This document shows positions 1-10,945 of a stretch of 64,000 nt of DNA, one piece after another. Position numbers and translations under genes: made by a program. The DNA is from Escherichia coli. GTDB lineage: Bacteria; Pseudomonadota; Gammaproteobacteria; Enterobacterales; Enterobacteriaceae. Numbering within the stretch: position 1 is the stretch's first letter; each line of letters starts with the position of its first letter. The notes beneath the pieces are model-generated. The model saw only the letters and a program-made list of their open reading frames with translations. It had not been told where the DNA came from and made no database searches. The stretch lies in assembly GCF_003790525.1 (NCBI RefSeq), contig NZ_CP033635.1; one strand, written 5' to 3'.

Positions 1-45
1 TTTACCTTTAGCGATATCAGCGGTAGTAATCGGTGTAGAGGTCAT
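1..45 (-). CDS. 5' end of an unidentified gene that continues beyond the window edge (N-terminus MTSTPITTADIAKGK)
   Basis: Reverse complement of 1..60 gives GAGGAA Shine-Dalgarno followed by ATG ACC TCT ACA CCG ATT ACT ACC GCT GAT ATC GCT AAA GGT AAA; divergent from the AraC-family gene; product not recognised. Confidence 0.4.
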   Translation of the reverse strand, partial: MTSTPITTADIAKGK

Positions 46-270
46 AGATATTCCTCGTGAATAGGGAGCAATTTTTAGTTTTATTGCAATGACATGATTA
101 ATTCTGCCGTGAACGGGAATATCAACAAGGCGAGAAAAGAGTAAAAAAAGGTGACGATTCCGACCTGAATTTAAAAGTGTGAATTGGATCAGGTGAAATT
201 AATGTTTTTGATTAATAATCAAAAGGTAATGTGTTTAATCATTAATGAATAAGCGGAAAATTACATATCA

Positions 271-1086
271 ATGCTCGAATTATCCATGACGTTACCGATT
301 AAAGTGCAAAATGGTGGATTATTTATTTCCCGTGGCGTAGGGAGGCATCCGGCAAGGCGGCTGGAGTCATGGGAAATTATCTTTGTCGAAAAAGGTCGAT
401 TAGCGATTCAGGAAGAAGAGCGGATATTTCTGGTCGATGCGGGAGAGAGTTTATTACTCTGGCCGAACCGACAGCATGTTGGGGTAGAGGATTTTCCCGC
501 CGATCTCAAATTTTACTGGCTGCATTTTGAGGTTAAAGCGCCGGATAGCGACCCGCGCTGGCTCACTCATCTTAGCGTGCCGCAACAAACTAAGGTTGCC
601 GATCCGCAGGTGCTGGTGGCCTTGTTTCGCCAGTTCTTAAGCGAACAGGAAAAGCATCAACGCACTCCGGCGCTGGAGTTTATTGTGCTGCTGATTTTGC
701 AGCAGCTCACCCGTGACGCGCGTCTTGATGAACAGGCCGATGGTGCAGGCACCACCCTTGCCTGGAAAGCGCAGAAACTGATTCGCACGCAATATCACCG
801 CCCGCTTTCCACGGCGCTTTTAGCCCGCGAGCTGTACTGCAATGCCGATTATCTTGGGCGCGTCTATCGGCGGGTGTTTCATCTGACGTTAACAGAAGCA
901 ATCCACCGCCAGCGAGTGCGCGAAGCCGAAAAGCTGTTAATTAGCGAAGCGCGATCGCTCACGGAAGTGGCGGCGTTGTGCGGGTTTAATGACGTCGGCT
1001 ATTTCCGGCAGATTTTTCGCAAGCACACCGGTTTAACGCCAGCAGCGTGGAAGCGGCGTTACAGCAAGGAACATATCAATTCGTAG
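271..1086 (+). CDS. AraC/XylS-family transcriptional regulator (N-terminal cupin-like sensing domain, C-terminal HTH)
   Basis: 271 aa ORF; C-terminal region with typical AraC HTH signature (…YLGRVYRRVFHLTLTEAIHRQRVREAEKLL…GFNDVGYFRQIFRKHTG); not recognised as a named K-12 gene at this position. Confidence 0.8.
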   Translation: MLELSMTLPIKVQNGGLFISRGVGRHPARRLESWEIIFVEKGRLAIQEEERIFLVDAGESLLLWPNRQHVGVEDFPADLKFYWLHFEVKAPDSDPRWLTHLSVPQQTKVADPQVLVALFRQFLSEQEKHQRTPALEFIVLLILQQLTRDARLDEQADGAGTTLAWKAQKLIRTQYHRPLSTALLARELYCNADYLGRVYRRVFHLTLTEAIHRQRVREAEKLLISEARSLTEVAALCGFNDVGYFRQIFRKHTGLTPAAWKRRYSKEHINS

Positions 1087-1117
1087 TGCCGGGGCGATGA
1101 AGCCCCGGTCTGAGAGA

Positions 1118-1813
1118 TTACTGCCCGTAATAGGCATTGGCCCCATGTTTACGCAGGTAGTGCTTATCCAGCAGTTCGTTTTGCATCGCAGGGAGCAGCG
1201 GTGCAAGCTGGCGCGAGAACAGGCCCATATAGGCGCACTCTTCCAGCACCACGGCGTTATGCACCGCATCGGCGGCGTTTTTTCCCCAGGCGAACGGGCC
1301 GTGAGAATGCACCAGTACAGCCGGGATTTGTGCCGGGTTCAACCCACGTTCTTCGAAGGTTTTAATGATCACTTCGCCGGTCTGGTATTCATACTCGCCG
1401 TTGATCTCCTCTGCGGTCATCTGTCGCGTGCAGGGGATGGCACCATAGAAGTAATCAGCGTGCGTGGTGCCCCAGGCGGGGAGATCCAGCCCGGCCTGCG
1501 ACCAGATGGTGGCGTGGCGCGAGTGGGTATGCACAATACCGCCAATTTCGGCATAGCGACGGTAAAGCGCCAGATGCGTTGGCGTGTCGGACGAGGGCTT
1601 TTTGCTGCCTTCCACCACTTTACCGCTGGCTATCTCAACCACCACCATATCGTCGGCGGTCATCACGTCGTACTCGACGCCGGAAGGTTTGATTACCATC
1701 CATTGCCGCGTTTCGTCTACCGCGCTGACATTGCCCCAGGTGAACGTCACCAGATGGTGAGCGGGAAGCGCCAGATTCGCCGCCAGCACGTCGGCTTTTA
1801 GTTGCTCTAACAT
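1118..1813 (-). CDS. sgbE: L-ribulose-5-phosphate 4-epimerase (class II aldolase family)
   Basis: 231 aa ORF, class II aldolase/epimerase; last gene of the yia-sgb operon by context. Confidence 0.9.
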   Translation of the reverse strand: MLEQLKADVLAANLALPAHHLVTFTWGNVSAVDETRQWMVIKPSGVEYDVMTADDMVVVEIASGKVVEGSKKPSSDTPTHLALYRRYAEIGGIVHTHSRHATIWSQAGLDLPAWGTTHADYFYGAIPCTRQMTAEEINGEYEYQTGEVIIKTFEERGLNPAQIPAVLVHSHGPFAWGKNAADAVHNAVVLEECAYMGLFSRQLAPLLPAMQNELLDKHYLRKHGANAYYGQ

Positions 1814-2667
1814 ATAAATCCGGCCTCCTGCATACGCGCTTCAATCCAGCGCCGCGCCTGAATAATCTCCAGCACCGGCTCTTTGGCTTTTTCGGTCCAC
1901 ATCTCAATCAGAAATGATCCGCGATAGTTCAGTTCATGCAGCGTTTTGAAGATGCCAACGAAATCGACGCAGCCTTCGCCAAACGGCACATCACGGAACT
2001 GTCCGGGGCTTTGCTCGGTCACTGGCTGGGTGTCTTTCAGGTGGATCGCGGCGATACGGTCAATGCCCAGTTTCAGTTCGGCGGGAACATCATTGCCCCA
2101 GGCGCTGAGGTTGCCGACGTCCGGGTAGACGGTGAACCACGGCGAGGCGAGCATCTCGTCCCATTTTTTCCATTTGCTGATGGAGTTCATAAACGCGGTA
2201 TCCATAATCTCCACCGCCAGCATTACTTGTGATGCCGCCGCCTGTTCGACTGCCCACGCCAGCCCTTCAGCAAAACGTTGTTGGGTGCCTTCGTCGTGGT
2301 CTTCGTAATAGACGTCATAACCTGCCAGCTGGATGGTGCGAATGCCGAGATCGCGCGCCAGGCGAATCGCTTTACTCATGATTTCCCGCGCCCGTTCGCG
2401 CACTGCCTCGTCCCGGCTGCCAAAGGGAAAACGACGATGGGCAGACAGGCACATTGACGGAATGGCAACACCCGTTTCGATCATCGCAGTGACCAGCGAA
2501 GCACGTTGTGCGGCGCTCCAGTCAAGACGTGAGAGCCGTTCGTCGGTTTCATCCACCGACATTTCGACAAAATCAAAGCCACAGCTTTTTGCCAGCACCA
2601 GCCGCTCCGGCCAGGAGAGATCTTTCGCCAGCGCTTTTTCATAAATCCCTAACGGATGATTACGCAC
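1807..2667 (-). CDS. sgbU: L-xylulose-5-phosphate 3-epimerase
   Basis: ORF track 1807..2757; likely GTG start at 2667 giving 286 aa beginning (V)[14 protein letters not shown]; overlaps the sgbH stop. Confidence 0.85.
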   Translation of the reverse strand: MRNHPLGIYEKALAKDLSWPERLVLAKSCGFDFVEMSVDETDERLSRLDWSAAQRASLVTAMIETGVAIPSMCLSAHRRFPFGSRDEAVRERAREIMSKAIRLARDLGIRTIQLAGYDVYYEDHDEGTQQRFAEGLAWAVEQAAASQVMLAVEIMDTAFMNSISKWKKWDEMLASPWFTVYPDVGNLSAWGNDVPAELKLGIDRIAAIHLKDTQPVTEQSPGQFRDVPFGEGCVDFVGIFKTLHELNYRGSFLIEMWTEKAKEPVLEIIQARRWIEARMQEAGFIC

Positions 2668-3322
2668 GCGCACCTCCCCAGATGGCATCAATTTGTGCAT
2701 GGAAATCGCCAGCCACCTGCGCCGGATTTGCTGCGCCTGCCAGCGCCCGCCCGGCAATAAAGGCTTTCACGCGGATATCTTTAAACAGCGGCAGGTCAGC
2801 AGGGGTAATCCCGCCGGTAATGGAAAGCTCAAGGCCGATATCGGAAAGCGCCTTCATGCGTGCCAGATCGGCCTCGCCCCACTGTTGCCCGCTGGCCTGC
2901 GCGTCGCGACCGCGATGATAAATGGCCTGCCGCACGCCAAGACGATGCCAGTCGCGGGCGTCGTCCAGCGTCCAGTTACCGAACAGCTCTATCTGAATTT
3001 CACCACCGCAGCGTTGCGCCATGGCGTGGCCTTTTTCCACCGTCGCGAGCGGCGCAGCGCAGATGATGGTCATCCAGTTGGCACCCGCGCCAAACGCCTG
3101 TTGTGCGAGCGTTTCACCCGCGTCGGCGACCTTCCAGTCAGCAACGATGATTTTATCCGGGCACTGTTCGCGCAAGGCTTTCACCGCGCCAAGCCCTTCG
3201 TTTAAACAGAGAATGGTGCCCGCTTCGACGATATCGACGCTGCCTTTTAACAGCATCACGTCGCGCTGTGCGTCTTCAAGTGATGAGTGGTCGAGGGCCA
3301 GTTGCAGAAGTGGTCGGCTCAT
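2660..3322 (-). CDS. sgbH: 3-keto-L-gulonate-6-phosphate decarboxylase
   Basis: 220 aa, OMP-decarboxylase-like; operon position. Confidence 0.9.
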   Translation of the reverse strand: MSRPLLQLALDHSSLEDAQRDVMLLKGSVDIVEAGTILCLNEGLGAVKALREQCPDKIIVADWKVADAGETLAQQAFGAGANWMTIICAAPLATVEKGHAMAQRCGGEIQIELFGNWTLDDARDWHRLGVRQAIYHRGRDAQASGQQWGEADLARMKALSDIGLELSITGGITPADLPLFKDIRVKAFIAGRALAGAANPAQVAGDFHAQIDAIWGGARA

Positions 3323-4815
3323 AATGTGTGCTCCTTGATGCGGGCGTGAAAGCCCTCAAGTGCGGCAATGAGATGCTGATAGCGTTGGTATTTTTGTTGG
3401 TAAAGCTGATGTGCGGTCATATCCGGCAGCAGGGTGCGTACCGGGTGCTGTAAATCACGTTGGGCTTCGCTGAAATCGCGATAAACTCCGGTGCCGACGC
3501 GGGCGGCAAGTGCCGCACCAAAGCAGCCGGTTTCTTCCACCTGCGGCAGCTCGATACGCAGACCGCTGACGTCCGCCAGCATTTGCATCCAGACATCGGA
3601 ATGCGCCGGGCCGCCAGTGACGCGCAGGGTGTGCACATCAGTAAAACGTTCGCGCATCCGGTTGAGATGGGTCATATGGCTGAACACCACGCCTTCATAA
3701 ATGGCCTGCAACAGGTGTGCGCGGGTATGAATGGCCTGCATCCCGTAGAAACCGCTGGTCATCTCCAATCCGGCGTTGCTGCCGTACAGGAACGGCAGGA
3801 AAAAGAGATCGCCCCCGGCCTTCGGCAAGCTGGCAACGGCCTGGTTAATCTCATCAAACGAGATTTCTCCCCACTGTGCGGTAAACCATTCGAGGTTGCC
3901 GGAAGAGGTGGGGCTGGCTTCGTGAACGATAAATTGACCATCGTTAACGTAGCGACCATAGACATACGGATGCGCTTCACCGTCACGTAAACCACGGGTT
4001 ATGCCGCTGGTCACCGCCCAGGTGCCCATCACCGCATTGAGGGTAAATTCGTCTTCGATCCCGGCACAGAGTGCGGTGGAAACCACATCAAACAGGCCGC
4101 CGACAACGGGCGTACCCGCTTTCAGACCGGTCAGTGCGGCTGTCTGAGCGGTGATTTCCCCGCAAATTTCGGCAGATCCGACAACAGGCGGCAGGGCGTG
4201 GTTGATTTCAGCGATCCCCAGCCAGTCGGTGAGGCACGGGTCATATTCCTCAAGACTCATGTTGTAGAGGTTGGACTCGGAAATATTGCTCTCTTCGCAA
4301 CCTTTGACGCCGGTTAAACACCAGCGCAGATAGTCGTGCGTCATCATTACGCAGCCAATTTGCGCGTAGCGTTCCGGTTCGTGCTCTTTCAGCCAGCGTA
4401 ACAGCGACACCGGATGCCCGGTCCACAAGGTTTGTCGGGTCAGCGGGTAGAGTTTTTCCGGGATGCCATCTTCCTGCCAGCGACGAACGATTTCCATCGC
4501 CCGGCGGTCCGAGGACAAAATAGCATTCCCGAGCGGCTTGTCGTTTTTATCCAGCAAAAACAAGCCCTTTCCCTGTGCGGAGATACCGATACCCACTATT
4601 TGCTCCCCGCTGACACCAGAATGAGTAAGCAGGGTGCGAATGACAGCCATGCAGCATTGCCACAGTTCTGCCATATCGCGCTCTGCCCAGCCTGGCTGCG
4701 GGCTTAATGCGCACAGCGGCAGGCGCTGCACGCCTGCCTCCCGGCCTTCGCGGTCATACAGCCCGGCTTTCAGCCAGCTACCGCCACAATCTAACCCCAG
4801 CCAGTATTGCGTCAT
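3319..4815 (-). CDS. lyxK: L-xylulose kinase (FGGY carbohydrate kinase)
   Basis: 498 aa FGGY kinase; 4 bp overlap with sgbH. Confidence 0.9.
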   Translation of the reverse strand: MTQYWLGLDCGGSWLKAGLYDREGREAGVQRLPLCALSPQPGWAERDMAELWQCCMAVIRTLLTHSGVSGEQIVGIGISAQGKGLFLLDKNDKPLGNAILSSDRRAMEIVRRWQEDGIPEKLYPLTRQTLWTGHPVSLLRWLKEHEPERYAQIGCVMMTHDYLRWCLTGVKGCEESNISESNLYNMSLEEYDPCLTDWLGIAEINHALPPVVGSAEICGEITAQTAALTGLKAGTPVVGGLFDVVSTALCAGIEDEFTLNAVMGTWAVTSGITRGLRDGEAHPYVYGRYVNDGQFIVHEASPTSSGNLEWFTAQWGEISFDEINQAVASLPKAGGDLFFLPFLYGSNAGLEMTSGFYGMQAIHTRAHLLQAIYEGVVFSHMTHLNRMRERFTDVHTLRVTGGPAHSDVWMQMLADVSGLRIELPQVEETGCFGAALAARVGTGVYRDFSEAQRDLQHPVRTLLPDMTAHQLYQQKYQRYQHLIAALEGFHARIKEHTL

Positions 4816-4818
4816 GGT

Positions 4819-5805
4819 TTATTGCACCTCATCCACGGCTTTCAGCAGATCAGCTCCCTGCGGCACATCTTTAACAAACATGTCGCGAACCTGATTCCCC
4901 AGTGCGTCGCTAAAGGCTTTGCGGTCGAGATCGGTGATGACTTCCACGCCCGCTTCTTTCATGCCGTCGATGATTTTTTGCTGATCTTCGGCAACCAGTT
5001 TGCGCTGGTAGTTACCCGCTTCCTGCGCAGATGAAATTAGCGCTTGCTGGAACTCCGGGGTTAAGCCGTCAAACTTCGCTTTGTTGATCACCACCAGAAG
5101 TGGCGAATAGGCGTGGTGCGTCAGAGAAAGGTACTTCTGTACTTCATAAAATTTTGCTGACCAGACGACGTTGATCGGGTGTTCCTGAGCGTCGATAGTG
5201 CGCGTTTCCAGCCCGGTATAGACTTCGGCAAACGGCATCGGGATCGGGTTAGCGCCAAAGACTTTGAATGCTGCGATATTCATCGGACTATTGTTGGTGC
5301 GGATTTTCAGCCCTTTCAGGTCGGCGGGGGTTTTAACCGGTGCGCGCGAGTTGGTGACATCGCGCCAGCCGTTTTCCCAGTAGGCCAGTACTTTCAGTCC
5401 TTTACCTTCAAGTGAGGCTTTCAGATCATCACCGACTTTGCCGTCGAGCGTTTTATGCGCGTGAGCGGTATCGCGGAACAGGAAAGGGACATCAAGCAAG
5501 TTCATCACTGGTGATAACCCGGCAAAGTTATTCGAGCCGGACATTTCCATATCGATGGTGCCGCCACGTACGCCGCTGATCATCGCCTGCGCGTTACCGA
5601 GAGTGCTGTCCGGGAACAGTTTTAATTTCAGCTCGCCTTTGGTTCTCTCCTGCAATAAATCATTGAATTTTTTCGCCGCAATATGTTGCGAGTCGGTTTG
5701 TGAGGTTTCATAACCGAAACGTAAAGATTGCGCCGCCATTGAAGATGTACTAAATGCAGCCAGGCCAGCAATGAATAATGCGTAGGTTACAGAGCGTAAT
5801 TTCAT
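4819..5805 (-). CDS. yiaO: TRAP transporter periplasmic solute-binding protein
   Basis: 328 aa with signal peptide; DctP-type binding protein. Confidence 0.9.
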   Translation of the reverse strand: MKLRSVTYALFIAGLAAFSTSSMAAQSLRFGYETSQTDSQHIAAKKFNDLLQERTKGELKLKLFPDSTLGNAQAMISGVRGGTIDMEMSGSNNFAGLSPVMNLLDVPFLFRDTAHAHKTLDGKVGDDLKASLEGKGLKVLAYWENGWRDVTNSRAPVKTPADLKGLKIRTNNSPMNIAAFKVFGANPIPMPFAEVYTGLETRTIDAQEHPINVVWSAKFYEVQKYLSLTHHAYSPLLVVINKAKFDGLTPEFQQALISSAQEAGNYQRKLVAEDQQKIIDGMKEAGVEVITDLDRKAFSDALGNQVRDMFVKDVPQGADLLKAVDEVQ

Positions 5806-5817
5806 AATATTTTCCTT

Positions 5818-7095
5818 TTAATTAATCCATTTCAAAGGGAGGATGATGAGATCGGGAATAAAAACAAATACGACTAATAATGAATATAAAACCAGGACGT
5901 AAGGGAAAACGCCTCTGACTGCATCATCGAATTTGAGTTTTGCCACCCCTGAAATAACGTTAAGCACATTACCGATAGGCGGTGTAATTAAGCCGATTGA
6001 GCAGTTAATGATAAACATGACACCGAAATAAATCGGATCGATTCCTGCCTCTTTAACTAAAGGCATTAATACCGGAGTAAGAATTAACACCGTCGGCGTT
6101 AAATCCATGACCATGCCGACAATCAGGATAGCCAGCATAATAACGATAAACAGCAGACGCGGTGAATCGACCAACGGTTGCAGTAAATCAGAAACCATCA
6201 TCGGCAATTCAGCAATGGTAATCAGCCAGGCAGAAACTTGTGCCGAGGCCACCAGAAACATTACCACTGAGGTGGTTTTCGCCGCGCCAATGAGTACATG
6301 CCAAAGTGTGGCGAAGGTCATTTCACGGTAAATAACTGTGGCGACAAACAGCGCATAGAAAGCAGCAACGGCCCCGGCTTCGGTAGGGGTAAACAGACCG
6401 GAGCGAAACCCGCCAATAATGATGACTGGAAGAAACAGCGCCCAGATACCGGAGACAAAAGAGTGCCAGATTTCCTGCATCGTTGCTTTTTGCTGGCGGG
6501 GTAAATTAAGGCGACTGGCCTGCCACCACCAGGTAAGCATCAGCGTTGCGCCCATCATCATGCCAGGGGCAATGCCCGCCATAAACAGCTTACTGATGGA
6601 TAATCCGCTGGAAACGCCGAAAATAATAAACGGAATGGAAGGGGGAATAATTGGCGCGATAATGCCGCCAGAGGCAATCAGCCCCGCCGCCCGGTTGACC
6701 GGGTAGTTGGCGCTGCGCATCATCGGCACCAGTAGAGCGGCAACGGCGGCGGTATCCGCAACGGCAGAACCAGAAAGGCTTGCCATAATCATAGCCGCCA
6801 GCACGCCGACGTAGCCCAGCCCGCCTGGTTTATGCCCCACCAGTTTCATCGGCAGGTCAACAATGCGTTTTGACAAGCCGCCCGCATTCATGATTTCACC
6901 CGCCAGCACAAAGAACGGAATCGCCAGCAGGGAGAAGCTGTCGGCTCCGTTCACCAGCGTTTGTGCCATGATCTGGACATCAAACATGCCCAGCCAGAAC
7001 ATTAACGCCGCCCCGCACAACAACAGTGCCCAGGCAATAGGCAAACCGATAGCAATACCACCCAACAGACAGCCCAGAAAAATCAGCACAGCCAT
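5818..7095 (-). CDS. yiaN: TRAP transporter large permease (DctM-type)
   Basis: 425 aa polytopic membrane protein. Confidence 0.9.
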   Translation of the reverse strand: MAVLIFLGCLLGGIAIGLPIAWALLLCGAALMFWLGMFDVQIMAQTLVNGADSFSLLAIPFFVLAGEIMNAGGLSKRIVDLPMKLVGHKPGGLGYVGVLAAMIMASLSGSAVADTAAVAALLVPMMRSANYPVNRAAGLIASGGIIAPIIPPSIPFIIFGVSSGLSISKLFMAGIAPGMMMGATLMLTWWWQASRLNLPRQQKATMQEIWHSFVSGIWALFLPVIIIGGFRSGLFTPTEAGAVAAFYALFVATVIYREMTFATLWHVLIGAAKTTSVVMFLVASAQVSAWLITIAELPMMVSDLLQPLVDSPRLLFIVIMLAILIVGMVMDLTPTVLILTPVLMPLVKEAGIDPIYFGVMFIINCSIGLITPPIGNVLNVISGVAKLKFDDAVRGVFPYVLVLYSLLVVFVFIPDLIILPLKWIN

Positions 7096-7097
7096 GA

Positions 7098-7571
7098 TTA
7101 AGCTCCTTGCGGTGGCGACGTTAGAGAATTGCTACGCGTGATGAGTTGATATAAATGACGCAGTTCAAAGAATGCGATAACGAGGCTGGTGGGCAGACAA
7201 GCGGCATACATCAGGCCGATGGGCAAACCGAGGATCGGTGAATAATCGCTCCAGTCCTGAATTGTTTTTAGCGTTGCGCCCCAGGCCAGTGCGCCACAAA
7301 TAAATAAGATTAAGGAATGGGTAACCAGAGCGACTCGTCGCTGCCATGCGGGGGAGAGTTTCTCCACCAGAAAGGTGACCTGAACGTGGGCGTTATCCAT
7401 AAAAGCCACAATCGCGCCAATAAATGTTAACCAGACAAATAAATAACGTGACAATTCATCTACAGATAAAATGCTTGTCTGAAAACCATATCTTAAAATA
7501 ATGTTTATAAACACAATACAGGAAAGTACGGCGAGATTAATCGCCAGTATTGCTTCAAGTATTTTTTTCAT
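7098..7571 (-). CDS. yiaM: TRAP transporter small permease (DctQ-type)
   Basis: 157 aa membrane protein directly upstream of yiaN. Confidence 0.88.
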
Positions 7572-7688
7572 AGCTATTCCTTGAGGCTATGTCTGTCATA
7601 ATTAAAGTTGCATGTGCAGCAACCTAAATTATTAATATAGTTAGAGCAATAACATTACCCAGGCGTTCTGGCGTAGACGATTATTCGA

Positions 7689-8159
<471 letters not shown>

Positions 8160-8167
8160 TTATCTCC

Positions 8168-9166
8168 TTATAACGCCTGGATTTTTGCCCACACGCTGTC
8201 ATCAACGGTGATGCCGTTACGGCGGTTTTCGGCCAGCAGGGTAGTAAATTCGTGGCCGGGTAAGCGGATGGCCTGGTTTTCGTCAGCGCGTTCAGCGGTA
8301 GTAACGTAATCCATGATGCGTTGCAGCTTGGCATCGCGGGTGGGGCCGTCGATCAATTTATCCACTTCGATGGCGATAAAGATTTGCGAAACGCCGTATT
8401 CGTCGCTGTTGTCCTGGGTGACTTCGGCAACCGATGCGCCGTCGGAAAGGAGAGTGGCGATCATATCCAGCACAATCGACATGCCAGAACCTTTCCAGTA
8501 GCCCATCGGCAAAATGCGGCGATTCTTCTCGATAACGCCAGGTTCTTTGGTCAAATTGCCCTCATCATCAAAGCCACCATCGACCGGGAGCTGACGGCCT
8601 GCCAGACGGTTAACTTCTAACATGCCGTAAGAGAACATCGACATCGACATATCGACCATGGTGATTGGGGTAGAAGGAATGGCGACGATCAGCGGGTTGG
8701 TGCCGATGCGACACTCTTTTGCGCCCCACGGCGGCATTACGGCGATGGAGTTGGTCCAGCAAATGCCAATATAGCCTTTTTCCGCCGCCTGCCAGCCGTA
8801 GCTGCCGCCGCGCATCCAGTGGTTGGCATTACGTAGTGCCACCAGACCAATACCGTGATCGGCAGCCAGTTCAATGGCGCGATCCATCATCTTTTTCGCT
8901 GTCAGGTTACCGATCGAACGCTGGGCGTCCCACTGTTCAATTGCGCCGAGGCTGGTTATACGTTTGGGTTGGGCATCAGGAATGATATCGCCGTTTTCCA
9001 GTTGTTGAATGAAACGAGGGAAACGATTAACGCCGTGAGAATAAACGCCGGATTCGGTGGTGCGGGCGAACATCTCTGCACAGGCGTCAGCCGTTTCGCT
9101 GTCAACGCCGCGTGAAATTAAGACCCGATTAAAGGCTGCTTTTAACTGCTCAAATGTCACTTTCAT
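8168..9166 (-). CDS. yiaK: 2,3-diketo-L-gulonate reductase
   Basis: 332 aa; first gene of the yia operon. Confidence 0.9.
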   Translation of the reverse strand: MKVTFEQLKAAFNRVLISRGVDSETADACAEMFARTTESGVYSHGVNRFPRFIQQLENGDIIPDAQPKRITSLGAIEQWDAQRSIGNLTAKKMMDRAIELAADHGIGLVALRNANHWMRGGSYGWQAAEKGYIGICWTNSIAVMPPWGAKECRIGTNPLIVAIPSTPITMVDMSMSMFSYGMLEVNRLAGRQLPVDGGFDDEGNLTKEPGVIEKNRRILPMGYWKGSGMSIVLDMIATLLSDGASVAEVTQDNSDEYGVSQIFIAIEVDKLIDGPTRDAKLQRIMDYVTTAERADENQAIRLPGHEFTTLLAENRRNGITVDDSVWAKIQAL

Positions 9167-9366
9167 CCCAGGCTTCCTTGTTTTTTTGAACGCTTTTTTG
9201 GCTTAAAATTTCAATATACGAAACTTGATTTCAAATATATCGATCACTTTTTAACAAAGCAATCTGATTGATGAATTTCAAAAAACTTAAAAATCAAGTG
9301 GTTATAAATTATCTGTCGAGATCGTGAACTACGGCACACTTTGCGCTACCATCAGGACGCGACAAA

Positions 9367-10215
9367 ATGGGGAAAGAAGTGATGGGAAAAAAAGAGAACG
9401 AGATGGCGCAGGAAAAAGAGCGTCCAGCCGGAAGCCAGAGTCTGTTTCGTGGGTTGATGCTGATTGAGATTTTGAGCAACTATCCAAACGGTTGTCCGTT
9501 GGCGCATCTTTCGGAACTGGCTGGTTTAAATAAGAGTACCGTCCATCGCTTATTGCAGGGATTACAGTCCTGCGGCTATGTGACCACCGCGCCCGCCGCA
9601 GGGAGTTACCGCCTGACCACCAAATTTATTGCCGTCGGGCAGAAGGCGCTGTCTTCGCTGAATATCATTCATATCGCCGCTCCGCATCTTGAGGCATTGA
9701 ACATCGCCACTGGTGAAACCATTAACTTCTCCAGCCGCGAAGACGATCACGCTATTTTGATTTATAAGCTGGAACCCACAACCGGGATGCTGCGAACCCG
9801 TGCCTATATAGGCCAGCATATGCCGCTCTACTGTTCCGCAATGGGCAAGATCTACATGGCGTTTGGTCACCCGGACTACGTGAAGTCATACTGGGAAAGC
9901 CATCAGCATGAGATCCAGCCGTTAACCCGCAATACCATTACCGAGCTGCCCGCGATGTTCGACGAACTGGCGCACATTCGTGAAAGCGGAGCGGCGATGG
10001 ACAGAGAAGAAAACGAACTCGGCGTCTCCTGTATTGCTGTTCCGGTGTTTGATATTCATGGGCGGGTGCCGTACGCCGTGTCGATTTCGCTTTCGACATC
10101 ACGTCTGAAACAGGTGGGGGAGAAAAATCTCCTGAAACCACTGCGTGAAACCGCGCAGGCTATTTCTAATGAACTGGGATTTACTGTCAGGGACGACCAG
10201 GGCGCGATCACATAA
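9367..10215 (+). CDS. yiaJ: IclR-family transcriptional repressor of the yiaK-sgbE operon
   Basis: 282 aa IclR-type (N-terminal HTH, C-terminal effector domain); divergent from yiaK. Confidence 0.9.
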   Translation: MGKEVMGKKENEMAQEKERPAGSQSLFRGLMLIEILSNYPNGCPLAHLSELAGLNKSTVHRLLQGLQSCGYVTTAPAAGSYRLTTKFIAVGQKALSSLNIIHIAAPHLEALNIATGETINFSSREDDHAILIYKLEPTTGMLRTRAYIGQHMPLYCSAMGKIYMAFGHPDYVKSYWESHQHEIQPLTRNTITELPAMFDELAHIRESGAAMDREENELGVSCIAVPVFDIHGRVPYAVSISLSTSRLKQVGEKNLLKPLRETAQAISNELGFTVRDDQGAIT

Positions 10216-10316
10216 CGCTTTGGACAAGTGCCAAAACTTTAACATTTCCTTCGTTGGATCAAAGCAGTAGAGACGCGCTCTCTGGCACTCTGCTGTTTTA
10301 GTGCAAAGGAGTGATC

Positions 10317-10790
10317 ATGAACCGGTTTATTATTGCGGATGCGACGAAATGTATCGGTTGCCGTACCTGTGAAGTGGCTTGCGCAGTGTCGCATCAGGAG
10401 AATCAGGATTGCGCTGCGTTGTCACCAGACGAGTTTATTTCCCGTATTCGTGTCATTAAAGACCACAGCTGGACCACGGCAGTAGCCTGTCATCAGTGTG
10501 AAGATGCACCGTGCGCGAATGTCTGCCCTGTTGACGCGATAAGCCGTGAACATGGGCATATTTTCGTTGAACAATCACGTTGCATTGGCTGTAAAAGCTG
10601 TATGCTGGCTTGCCCGTTTGGTGCGATGGAGGTCGTTTCTTCGCGCAAAAAGGCGAGGGCGATTAAGTGCGATCTGTGCTGGCATCGGGCGACGGGACCG
10701 GCCTGTGTTGAAGCCTGCCCGACAAAGGCGTTGCAGTGCATGGATGTCGAGAAAGTGCAGCGGCATCGGCTACGACAGCAGTCTGTTTGA
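10317..10790 (+). CDS. ysaA: 4Fe-4S ferredoxin-type protein
   Basis: ATG at 10317 gives 157 aa; multiple CxxCxxCxxxCP motifs. Confidence 0.88.
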   Translation: MNRFIIADATKCIGCRTCEVACAVSHQENQDCAALSPDEFISRIRVIKDHSWTTAVACHQCEDAPCANVCPVDAISREHGHIFVEQSRCIGCKSCMLACPFGAMEVVSSRKKARAIKCDLCWHRATGPACVEACPTKALQCMDVEKVQRHRLRQQSV

Positions 10791-10837
10791 AACGTTTTTC
10801 CGGCGTTTTTTAACGCAGGAATAGTGCGCTTTGTTTA

Positions 10838-10945
10838 TGCCGGATGCGGCTTAAACGCCTTATCCGGCCTACAAATTCTTCCAAATTCAATATATTGCAG
10901 AAATGATGTAGGCCTGATAAGCGTAGCGCATCAGGCAATTTTTAA
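10838..10945. repeat. REP/BIME palindromic elements between convergent ysaA and avtA
   Basis: tgccggatgcggc…gccttatccggcctaca and inverted tgtaggcctgataagcg…gcatcaggca REP-type sequences. Confidence 0.75.

Noticed and set aside
1097-1801. 234-aa plus-strand ORF overlapping sgbE
   Set aside because: It is the mirror frame of sgbE; the sgbE identification is strong and this frame has no recognisable features.
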